Shown: positions 12,101-24,100 of the stretch, one piece after another | How positions within the stretch are numbered: the stretch's first letter is position 1 | Layout of the letters: each line of letters opens with the position of its first letter | Assembly (NCBI GenBank): GCA_905178155.1 | Contig: CAJINV010000005.1 | Coordinates: 4,940,256-5,004,255, forward strand | DNA: 64,000 bases | From: Amoebophrya sp. A120 | Lineage: Eukaryota > Protista > Dinoflagellata | Direction of reading: 5' to 3' | Notes under the pieces: model-generated | What the model was told of the DNA's origin: nothing | The model's input: the letters and a program-made list of their open reading frames with translations, nothing else | The model's database searches: none | Made by a program: the position numbers and the translations under genes

Positions 12101-15100
12101 TGTGTCCCTCGCTGCTGATCCGGTTCTCGCTGCGAGTATGGCGGGGAGAATGGAAATCGCCAGTGCCGCGAAGACGGTCGGTGAACTCCGCTCTGCTTTT
12201 GCTTCTGCTACGGCGAAGGCGGGGCTGGCTGTTTCTGCTCAGGATGTGTTTCTGAAGAAGGACACAACTGCTTCCACCTCTTCGGATTCCATCTACGACT
12301 GGATTTTCCCGTATCGCAAGAAAAAAGTGTTACAGTTGCACATTGTGTTGCAGGCCAAGCAAGACAGACAAGCTCTGTCATGCCGGATATGCATAGGAGC
12401 ATCGTTCCATAGGTGTTTTCCCGTCGGATTTCTGCATGACATGTTTTCCTTCTCATGCTGACAAATTTGTGTTGCTAAATTGACTACAAATGTGTAACTG
12501 TAACACTTTTTTCGTGGGATATCCCGGTGTCTTTTCCCAATACGGAAACCGATTTCTACTCCTTTTCGTACAACTTCCTCACTGCGAGTGACTCCGAGAA
12601 CATCGACACAACTTCTCCAATTGCTGTGTTTCTGAAGGAGCAGCTCGGGGGGGGCATTGCGGTGAAAATCTTTCAGGAATCGGTGAAGCAAACCGCCTAT
12701 GTCCAGGTGAAGGCTGGATTGGCTGGTGCTAGTTTCACCGGTAACCGGATGATGCTCAGGTTTGCGGCCGCAGGGGTTGCGGAGGGGGAGCAGAGTTCTA
12801 TCGGAAAGATCGCGGGAGAAGATTCCTATTACGGGATCGACGTTCCGAGCTGCAAGGCACTGAGTGATGCAACGGCGAACGCCCGGACGGTTTTTGTCCC
12901 CGCGGTGCGGAGTGCGAAGTCGTTTGAGAACGTGCTTGTTGCAAGTAGTTCTGGTTCATCCAGCACTCCCGCCATCCAGATCGGTTCTGTCTTGAACAAG
13001 TTCACCTCCCCAACGCACAACTTCGCCGGCGTTCTGGCGAAATTGCAGCAGAACTACGCTAAATCCGGAACCCTGTCCGCGCAACTTAGTGGGAGTTTGA
13101 ACCTCGGGGGGACTAGCAACAGTGTGGTCAGTTTAGAACCCGGTTTGGTCACTTCTGGTGTTGGGGAAGAAGATTTCTTAACGGCAGCGAGTCTAAAACA
13201 TTCTCAATTCCTCTATATCGAGTTTTTGTTCAAACTCGAGGAGGACACGGAAAACACCTACGCTTCCCACACGGACGCCGAATGTGCAGCGAAACTCTCC
13301 ACTGCGATCGAAAACTGCTTCAAGGAAGCGAAATTCTTCGGCAGTCTTTTCGCAAAAGGCCAGAACATTGCGGAAGCAAGTCCACAAATCTTCAAGATCG
13401 CAGCAACCAAGAAGCCGATGGAACAAGAAAAAGTCTTCATCGTCCACTTGATTCTGAAAAACGCGAAACCAAATTCCGTCGCGACAATCCTGAACGAGTT
13501 CCGGAAGGAAGCGGTTTTCAACCCCGCGGACAATTCAACTTTGACAGTTCTCGAAAGGTCGTTGAAGGACGAGAACTTTCTGTCCGCCCAAGAGTTGACC
13601 GCTGGAGCGTTTCAACCTGTCGCTTCTACGGGGTCTTACAGCCGAACTGCGGTGGTTTCGAACGCGATCCACGGGTCGCTGACGATCACGCACAAGGTGA
13701 GAGAAACTGGTTGTTTGGAAGACGCGGTTTCCCAATTCTTGACGAAAGCTATGGACAGCGGGTTCGCCGAACCAATTCCTTTTGTCGCGGTGGAGTGCGA
13801 TAAAACGGTTGCTTCCGACACCACTGCGGTCTCTACTGTCTGTGGTTTCGCGATCCCGACGAAGAAGACGAGTTTTCAGTACCAGCAGTATTTTACTTCC
13901 AACGGGGAAACCTCCCGGAAGAACTACTTCGGGAATCTGCTCAGTGCGTTGATCGCTTCCCCGACTGGAATTGTGTACAAGAATTACAATGGAAACGTCG
14001 CTGCTGATGGAACGAACGTGCCGACTAGTGATGAGAAAGTTTCCACTTTCTCTTCCCTCGGAGCCGACGTGAAACACTTAGTTTTCGCGGAATCGCCGGA
14101 ATACTCGTTAACCAAACTCGTGACCACTATGCCGGGCGACGATAATGTCGAGAAGAAGTCGAAGCTGACCGCAGTTTTGGCTTCTTCTTTATCCAAAACG
14201 CTACCTGCGGCGGTTAAGCAGTTCGTTTCTCTCTCCACTTCCGACGCGAACGCGCTTCTGACGAAGCATAATTCCATTGTCGGGCCTTTGACAGGGACGG
14301 TAGCCGATTCGGTGTCTTTTGTCTTCCCCATCCCGCTCATCCACTATCCGAGTTCCAACACCAACGCGGTTAAAACCGTCAGCATCTTCAACGCGTTTGA
14401 AGACAGTGACAATTGTGAAAATCAGTGGAAAACGGAGATGAAGAAAATTGTCGCTTTGGAAAATTCGAACAGTGTGAAAGTCGAAGCAACGTCGACGTAT
14501 GATTCCGCGAAGTACTCCGCGACTGGGCAAGATAAATTAATCGGTCCGGCGGAAGCGAGCGCCTCTTCCGCAACGACCAGTCTGCAGACCACTTTCATCA
14601 CCTTCCAGGGAACTTTCACGGCGATTGACTTCTTCCAGGGGGAAATCGCCGCTGCGAAGAAGGAGTTGGAGAAGGATAGTTTTGTCGAGGGAATTCTCCA
14701 GAGCGCTGTTTTTGAAGTGCTAACGTCACCGAGTAACGGGAGTGGGTTGCAATATGTCTCCAACCAGGTGAAGGACAGTTTGAATCCACCATTCACCGCG
14801 CACTTTAAAAAGTTGGAGAATGTCGGGGTCGTTCTCCAGCCGGACGTCCCCACTGTGGATGCCGATCCGAGTACTTACCCGTACCCGACCACCAAAGATG
14901 CGAACCGGGGGAGAAGTTTCACGGTTTACATTCGCGTGGATGGGCCTCTGTTCTCGAAGGGGGAGAGAGAATCGACTTTCACAAGATTAGCACAGTCTCT
15001 CACTTCTCACTCGTCCGGCCACACTTTCGCGAGTTTGGTGAAAGCGGAGGTGAATGCGAATTCCATACTGCAGATATGATTTGTAAAAACGTCCCCAGCC

Positions 15101-18100
15101 AAGAGCTGTCATGCAGAATTGCAATGACCGGAGCATTTGTAATGCGCATCTCCATGAGAAGCATTTGCAATTGTGTGTTGGAATTTGTGATGCTCGAAAC
15201 GGGATAAGGAGAGGGCTTTGTGATGCGTTTCTCCGTGCTAACTTGCAGTACACTACAAAGACGAGCTTGTCATGCATGGCTCGCAAAACTCCTGGATTTG
15301 TGTTGCAATGTCCCCATCTTGATGACTCTGGGGTGTGGACGTTTTTGCTTAGGATATCAGATCGACACGGTTGCGCTCGACAAAACCTCCTTATCGTTCG
15401 CGAACCACGGGTATCAAATGCAAAAAGGTCTGGGTCTGGAAACTTGTGATGCTAGTTTGTGAATGGTGGGCGCATATACATATGCAGCCACGCATGACAA
15501 GTTTTTGAGCTCCTGTGTGTTTCGCATTCCGCATGACAAACTGCATACATGGCAGGGAAGAGCCTTCTTTCCTGCTCATGCATTACAGATTTAAGAGTCA
15601 TGTGAGACAAGCATGACAAACTTGCTTTCTTCCAGACCCAGACATGTTTGCAATGCATAACGGGGAGGCGACGATTCAAATCGAATTCGCGGGCGCGACG
15701 CCCGCGGATAGTGCCACGAACCTCAAAGCGGCAATCGAGCCCTACACCACCGGACAGGATTTTCGCAAGAAGTTCGCGGAGGCGGTTTCTCTCGTTTGTG
15801 GGTCGCACGTGCATCCGGGGATGGTGCGGTTCCAACCGGCGTATGATCCGAGTTCCGCGGATTTTTGGTGGGACCAGAGCACGCTTTCCGCGTCTTTTTC
15901 CGCTGCGTATCAAAAGGAAAGATCCCCCCTCCCCATATCAAAACGAAGTTTCTGACGCTGGATTTGCGTACACAAATCAGATTTGTCTTGCTGGAGAGGG
16001 CGGCAGGCTTATACTAAGCCCGAGCTGGGAAGTTTTGAGCTAGGCGCTGAGCATGGCAAACGTGTAGTCTGTAGGGCCGACAGCATCACAAACCGCCAAC
16101 AGAGTGCGGCAGAGCCTGTGCGGTTGCGTTCTTGCAAGACAGAGACGACTTGAGGTCGCAAATCAGCATGACAAATTTTCTGGGGCGCGCCTTTTCGATA
16201 TGGGGAGGGGGGATTTTTCCTTACGATACTGCGGTGGTCATCACCGATATTGGTTCCGACACGGGGAAAGCGATTCAGCAAATCTTCGACCCGAAGCACA
16301 GTTACGATGAGGGTACGGGTTCAGCAAAAGCGGTGTCGGAAGTGACGCCGCACGCGATCAAGCTGTTCATCAACACGTTAAACAGCATGATCACGGCCAC
16401 GCTGAACGCAAACCCGCCGAAGCTATGAATTGGAAATATGTCTGGGTCCTCTGGAAGGTGGTAACTTGTCATGGTAAATCTGAAGCATACAAAAATCTGT
16501 GCTGCATGAGTGCCAAAAGCTGTCCACTTTCGACGACCAAGTTGGGAGGAAGTTTCTGATGCAGGATCATAGGGATGATAGGGATCTCACAGAATGTCTG
16601 TCACGCTAATTCCCGCATTCCAGACCGCATGGGTCATGGAAAATCTGCATGACATGGCCGTTTGCACAGGGGGAGGCAAAGTGTGTCGCACTTCTGTTTA
16701 GCATGACAAGTTTACACTCTTCCAGACCTCCAGACACTTTTGCACTTGATAGAAGCAGCCGAAATACGACTGGTTCCGCGTGGAAGCGACGATGCTCAGT
16801 GAGAGTTCCGGGACATATCGCAAGAAAAAACTGTTTCGCTGTGGACTTGTGATGCATAGAATGGAGCACAGAACGATTTGTCTTGCTACACCTGCATAGA
16901 GCATTGGAGTTTCAAGCGTGTTTCCCCTATGGAAGATGCGCGCTTGGCGAATTTTCTGTGTCATGTGTAACAAACTTCTGATGCAGATCTTGCAAAGCCA
17001 TCACAGTGAAACAGTTTTTTCGTCCGATAGGACAAAATCGGTGAAAATCACTGGGAAAGCTGCGACGACGGTTTACGGTCGCGTGGTGATCGCGCCCGCG
17101 AGTTCTTTAGCGAATTCCGGTGCCAAAGTCTCTTCCGCCGTGCAAAAACGATCCAAAGCTGTGTTTGCAGCGCAGACAGATGCCGGCGCTGGGGCTTTAA
17201 CCGTGAAGGATGAGGACGGGAATTTCATGAGTTTGTTGCCCGTGAAGGATGTTTTTTCTTGTACGAAGAAGAATTCCAATGGATACGACAACGTCGACCA
17301 GTACACAGCTATCAACTGTAAAAATGTCTGGGTCTGGAAGAGTGCCAGACTTGTCATGCAGGTTTTCCATGACCCATGAAACCTGGCATGTAGGACATAC
17401 GGTGACAGATTCTGGGAGAGTTCCATCATGCCTATCCTGCATGAGAAACTGCCTCTCGATTAGGTCAAAAGTGGACAGCTTTTGGTCAGCATGCAACACA
17501 GATTTTTACATCATTCAGACCAGCCATGCTCCGGCTACCGCCGGAGCGCAAGGCTGTTGTGCTGGGGTTTGACTATTTGCGGATCGGGCCGCGACACGAA
17601 AGCTTTGGGAACAGTGTGACGGACCGAGGGAACTTTGAGCGCCATTTTGCGCGAGGTCAACTCGCAGGGCCTCCTGCGCGCTTCCCGCGCCTTTAGGCGC
17701 TATGCGCAGGGGGCAGCTGCAGTAAACCTTGCGGGCGAAGAGATGCCGCCCCGGCGTAGGTGCCGCAGGCAATAATTAGACAGAGGCCGGCGCTGCTCTT
17801 TGTTTATCACCACCCCGCGCCCGCCCACCTGATTCCCGGGGGAGATAAAAGAAACTGTTGGCGCAAGAGGGTGGCGCGAGAGGGTGCGCGAGAGGCTGGT
17901 GCGAGAGGGTCCGGGCTTTTGCATGAAAGGGCCGCAAAAAAATCAGCCCTGTGCCGGGCGGATTCGGGTTTTTTTACCCCTCTCGCAGAGCCTCTTTTTC
18001 ACCTCTTCCGAGAGGTGTTGCTAATAGTCCGGCTATACTCGCCGGCAGAGGTCTACAGAGGTGGCCGAGAGGTGGCCCAGAGGGTGCGCGAGAGGTTCCC

Positions 18101-21100
18101 CCTTATTCGCGCAACCTCTCGGCACCCCTGTCCCCCTCTCGCCTACCCTCTCGGGACCCTCTCGGCCACCTCCGGGCCCCATAGGCGCGGCTTTAGGGTG
18201 AACGGTTCGGCTGGCTATACCCGCGCCACCTCTCGGCCACCCTCTCGAATGACCTCCCGCGCCACCTCTCCACCTCTGTCGACCTCTTTTTGACCTCTTT
18301 TGGCCTCTTTTTGACCTCTCGGCCACCTCCCTTGGACCCTCTGTAGACCTCTATTTTCGCATGAATATAATAGATAGTAATTCAGCATGACAAGTTGCAA
18401 CCTTCCAGACCCAGACACTTTTGCATTTGATAACAGCTACTTGCGGACTGTCAAGTTCCGATCGATCCTTGGCGTTCACTGAGTACTTCGGGACCAGCAG
18501 TGCAGATGGTCTCGCGGCGTTTTTGGAGACTCAATCGTTGAGTTCAGTCGATCCGGCGACAGGGACGTGGGACAGCTTGGCGAATACTTTGTCGGGTGTT
18601 AGTCTGACTCAGTTCCTGACCGTGCAGTCCGGCGCGTCGTTGGTGACGAATAGGGTCGCGCAGTCGAAAGCGTCTTTTAACAAGATTGAGAACAACCAAC
18701 TCGCCTTGTATTTCATCGAGTTCGAACTGTTATTCGAAGGGATCACTTCCTATCCATTGTCCTCCGCGGATGAATATCCTGAGTAAAAACGTACCCACAC
18801 CAGAGTTGTCATGGAGATTTTGCAACACAAACATGGAAGGTTTGGGACTCACGCATGACAAGTTGCACTCTGCAGTGTAGTGCAGGTTAGCAAGGACAGT
18901 TGCATTACAAATCCATCTCCCCATCCTGTTTACAGCATAACAAGTTCCAAAACACGATTGGAAATGTGTTCAATGGGGATGCGCATTACAAATGTTGTTG
19001 CAATTGCAAATCTGCATTACAACTCTGGTGTGGGTACGTTTTTACTCAGGATAATGAAAGTGAATTAATTACTTTCGGGGTTTTACCAGCTATCCGGAAG
19101 GGAGTAACCGACTCGTTGAAATACTACCACGTGCAGAAGCCGCGGACAGGAACCGAGGGGAATCAGTTCGCGTTTTCAGAGCAGAGTTCGTCTGACAGTG
19201 CGCAAATTACGGAATTGATGAATACGGTGGATTTGCGAATCCCGGCCGCTACTTGCTTCCCGGACCCGAAAAACGAACAAAAGTCTGTAATTCAAGTCGC
19301 GGTCCTTGGGCACGAGACGGTGGAGCGGGTCTTGTCGTTTTTGAGTTACGAGCAATCCGCTGGGAAAAACACGAACTGCGTAACTGGTGCGGACGTCGCG
19401 GATCTGAAATTCTCGAAAGAGTTGCTTGACGCGTTGCAAACGACAAATAGTGGTTCCCTCCGCTCCGGTTCTCCGTTCAAATCCGTCGCAAATTCCGGCG
19501 AGTTGACGAAAATCTGCCGAACCAATCGGGCACAGCCCATGCCACAGACGCGATTGGTTGGGAAGGTGGATGTTTCCACTCTCGCGACCAAATCGCAGTT
19601 GTCCGATGAAATCGATTTACCGACTGTCACAACCGCAACACAAGACGCAGTTTCCGGCTTCAGCCGGGCGGATTCTGTCAATTTGGAAAGGTTGAACGTG
19701 AAATCCAACAAGCAGAAGGGACAATTTGTCTTCGCGAGTTCCGCCGCGATTTCCGATACCTTCAATTTGAATTCCTGGTTCCTCACCCAGGCCAGCATGT
19801 CCGCGTTTTTGAAACCAGCATTACTCAAAAAAATCCGGTGCCTTGACAGCAGCTCCCACAACGTGGCTTGCAACACTCTAACTAACGCCAACGCCGACAC
19901 TATCGCGACGACCGCGATCGCGCAGGCGGATGGGGTGAGGGAATACCTGCAAATCGATTTGGACATCTCCGTTGGGGAGAAGTGCAGCAGCACGGACGGG
20001 ACCTACTGTTCGGAAAAAGACGGGAGGTATTACCAGAAGCCCAGGTCGGAATCCGAGTTAAAGAACGTGTTGAAATCAACCGTTTTAACCGTCGTGCAGC
20101 AAAACTCCGAGAATGGAAAGTATAAGACCCCGAGTGTCTTCTACGAACTGCTCGCGACGGACTTGTATTCTGCGGAAGCGGTCGTCACCACTTCTACCAC
20201 AACGCCTACTCCTGGGGTTTCCAAGGCGGAGTACGATTTCGCGACGAATGTTGGTTCCGCATCACAGATTGCCTTCGCGTCGAAGTCGGGAACAGGCGGA
20301 CCAAATCTCGTTTGCCACGGGCCGATTGGTGCAGAAGCCACGGGCAGATGGCGTGATGTCACCGCGAACGGGAAGACGTTTAAGTCGTTGAAGTTCTTGA
20401 AAACGGGGACCATCGAGTACTGCACGGCGTCCGCGTCGACGTTGCCAGGCGGTGCTGCTTCTCGGACGATTATGGGGTGGGTAAAGCCGGAAAGTTCCAG
20501 AAACGGCCCGTTTGGTTACGGAAAGGGGCAATGCCTCAAAGCGTTCAAGATCTTTGTCTCCGACAACTTGGTGTGGAACCTCGACATCTACTGCGACGCG
20601 ATGAAGTTCTACGACTTCAACGACGGGGATAAAAACCTCAACGAGTGGTACCACATGGCGTTGATGTGGGACGAATCTAAGGAAAAGCACCGGGTGTACG
20701 TGAACGGGGTTCTCGTCAAGGAGGGCACAACGGACAACAGCAATACGCCGAATACAGAAGCGAGTAGCGGGAAAATCTGTCTCGGTGGGAGAGTCGATTT
20801 GTGTTTTGGTGCTTCGCACGACGAGCGGTACCAGGGGGAAATCGCCGGGTTCGCGGTTTACGCGGGTGCGATTTCTCTTCCGGAAGTCGTGCAGCACATG
20901 GCGAGAACAGGGCCGCAGGGACCATTATCCGCGGCGCAGGTGGCAATGCTACCCGCGGGGAGTAGCTATGCATTGCAAATATGTCTGGGTCTGGAAGGTT
21001 GGAACTTGTCATGCAGGTTTTCCATGATCCATGAGGTCTGGCATGCAGGACATAGCATGGCAGATCTGTGAGATCTTTCTCGTGCCTAGCCCGCATGAGA

Positions 21101-24100
21101 AACCTTCTCGCAAATTGGTTAAGTAAAAAAGGATAACTTTTGGTAACCATGCAACACAGATTTTTTCAGAGTCCAGAATTGGCATGACAAGTTGCATCCC
21201 TCCAGACCCAGACATATTTGCAGTTGATAGTAGTTCATCTTCCGGTGCGGCTCCTGTCAATGTCGATTTCAACGGGGTGGTTTCGATTTTCGTACCCATG
21301 CCGGAGTTAGCGGGTCTTCCGATGTACAACAAACTCTCTACCAAATTGGAAAAAGTGAAAGCGGACATCGAAACTGGTATTCTCCGCCACGGGGTACCTT
21401 TGACGAAAACAATCACGGTGAAGCAGATCAAATTAACCTCCGCTACTGAGTCGATCGACAAAGAACCGGCAGTGTCTGGATTCACTTTTCTCGAGCAGGG
21501 CTTTGTGTTGGAAGATTTGCAACCACCGGCAAGTCATTTCACAGCCGCGAACCCGCTGTTTGATGAGAAATTGGTGGAGATGTTGCAAAAATCCTTCTAC
21601 GAAACTTTGATCGAGGCGGTTAGCAACGGGGGAATCACGGTAAACAACGAGAAGATCCCGATCGGGTTCATCGGGGGGAGTACAGAGAACCAGGCGTTGG
21701 AATTAACCAAAATCGCGGTGGTTATCCCCCCTGGGGATGTGAAGTCGCGGAGAGTCCGTGTCACGATTCACAAATCCGGTTTCACCGCCTTGGAATTGCA
21801 GAACCTTCAAGATCTCCTCTACGTTTTCGGCGATTTCCACGTGGGGAAGTGCGACCGGTCCAAGAGTTTTGGACTTGAATCCTTCGTTTCCGCCTGGACG
21901 GTGAAATTCCGGGCGAAGATCAACGATGTGGCTTCTTCTGCGACTAGCAGTGCAAATTCCATCAAATTCGACATGAACCCGCTGGAAGCGGTGGATCTCT
22001 CCCCGGACTTGACCCGGCCGTCGGCGTACTTGTTGCCGCAGAAGCTGACGTTTTGGTCCTTAACCACTACCTCCAACTTTCGGTTCACGGTGACAACGCC
22101 GAGTGGGGATATCGGGTCGGTGACTAGAGTGGCGACGAAGGCGGGGATCATCGCTATCATGCAAAAGGCTTTGGCCATGTCGTTCTTCCGCAAAACCGGT
22201 GGTGTGCTCCGGTTCGCTCCGTCGCACATCGCAATTGAGCAGGTTGGGGAAGTGGCTTCCGATATCAACTGTAAAAATGTCTGGGTCTGGAAACTTGTAA
22301 TGCTGCGTTGGGAATACTGAATGCTCTGTAATGCACAGCCAAGCATGAGAAATATCTGCGCCTCTTTGTGTTGCGTGTTTCGCATGACAAACTGCGTTTT
22401 TGTATGACAGGCAGAAGGGTCTCTTCTTGGACACGCATCACAACCTTTTTGGTCATGCCAGACAAGCATGACAAATCGCGCAATCGTCCAGACCCAGACA
22501 TTTTTGCAATGCATAGCCGATATCTCCTCCGGGAGGGCCGGGGACATCGACACCTACTCGATTGTATCCAATGCAAAAATGTCTGGGTCTGGAAGAATGC
22601 AAGACTTGTCATGCACGTTTTGCGTGACCGGTGATATCTGTGATGCCTGCCCCAGCATCACAAATTTTTTGCGGGCGTTCTGATGCGTATCCTGCACGAC
22701 AAACAATGTCCTCTCCGTGTAGCACAAAATCGAATCCTCTTTCTGGTCATGCAACACAGATTTTTTTAGAATCCGAAAACAGCATCAGAAGTTGCATCCT
22801 TCCAGACCCAGACATTTTTGCATTTGATAGATTGCTGCTGGGAAGATTAAGATCGGAATCCCCATGGCGGCGGACCCGGCGCTGTCGTTGCAGTGGGAGT
22901 CGAACGAATTCACGAATTTGATGAAATCAGAACTAGAAAAGGCGTTGAAACAAGTTTCCGCCGCGGTTGCGTCTTCTACCTTCCTTTGGCTTGGGCTCGA
23001 GGACTTAACTACCTTGACTTCAGGGATTTCGAAGTGGAGTAAAACGGAATATTTAAGTGTCGATCTGCAACTAAACAACGTCGGGAACCACGAAAAAGCG
23101 CCCTACACGGATTTTGTTGTCCCGCTGACCAAAGTCGCTTATTCTCGCGCTGTCGCCGCGAAGTTCCCTGCGGCGGTCGGGAAGTTGCCGGGGGTATCGG
23201 AAACTGGGCAGGGAAGTCTTCAGGCGATTTCCGGTATGTTCTTCCAGGAGAATTGTACCAGTTTGGATGAAATTCAGTCCACCTGCGTCTCCCAAACCAC
23301 GACGGATAAGAAGCAACTGCTCGCGAATCACACCGGTTTACTAGTCACGCAGATCCTACCAGAACTTGATTCCGACGCTGGCATGGGCGCGCTGGCGTCG
23401 AGTGGGACTCTCGCAAGTATCCGGGATTATTTGAAACCTGCGGCGAATGCTGGGAATACAAAGGACCAAGTTTCTGTAGTTGCTGCAACTGATTTCACGA
23501 CGGATTTGAAGCAACAGTTAGCGGACTTGCAATTCCCAGAAAAACTCTACACCAACGCATCCGAGTACAACGCAAACGCCTTCAAGCTGCAGCAGTCGGG
23601 GACAGGCTCTTACTCTCAACCCGCGAAGACGGATCTGAGTCTTTCGACCTTGTATTGTGAGGAAAAATCCCCCCTCCCCATATCGAAAAGGTACGTCGCG
23701 GAAAATTTGCAATTGTGATTTGCGACTACAAATCATCTCTGTCTTGCAAGAAGGCGACTCCACAGACAACCGCCGCACTATGCAGGCGGTTTGTGATGCT
23801 GGTGGGCCTACAGCGCAGACGTTTCTCATGCTAAGAGCCTAGTTGTCCAAAACCTCGCCCAGGCTTTGTATGGGCCTGCAGCCCTCTCCAGCAAGACAAA
23901 TCCGATCTGTGTACGCAAATCCAGCGCCACAGACTTCGTTTTGATGTGGGGTGGGGGGATTTTTCATTTTGATACCTTGAGCAAGAAACTCCCAGTAGTT
24001 TTCGCTCAAGTTCGGGGGAGGGTGGCATTAACCCGGCACAAAGGTGGGCAAGAGCCATTGGTCGCAATTGCGGCGGAGGAGGCGGATATTGTGAAGCAGT

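Noticed and set aside
17760-18293. 177-aa ORF inside the nested insertion as a transposase/Rep
   Set aside because: It is a low-complexity product of GC-rich minisatellites with no HUH, helicase or DDE motifs.
17513-18385. attcag as a 6-bp TSD of the nested insertion
   Set aside because: The host family already has ttcaga followed by tt(t/c)agcatg at this site, so the match is largely explained without duplication. It is not fully excluded.
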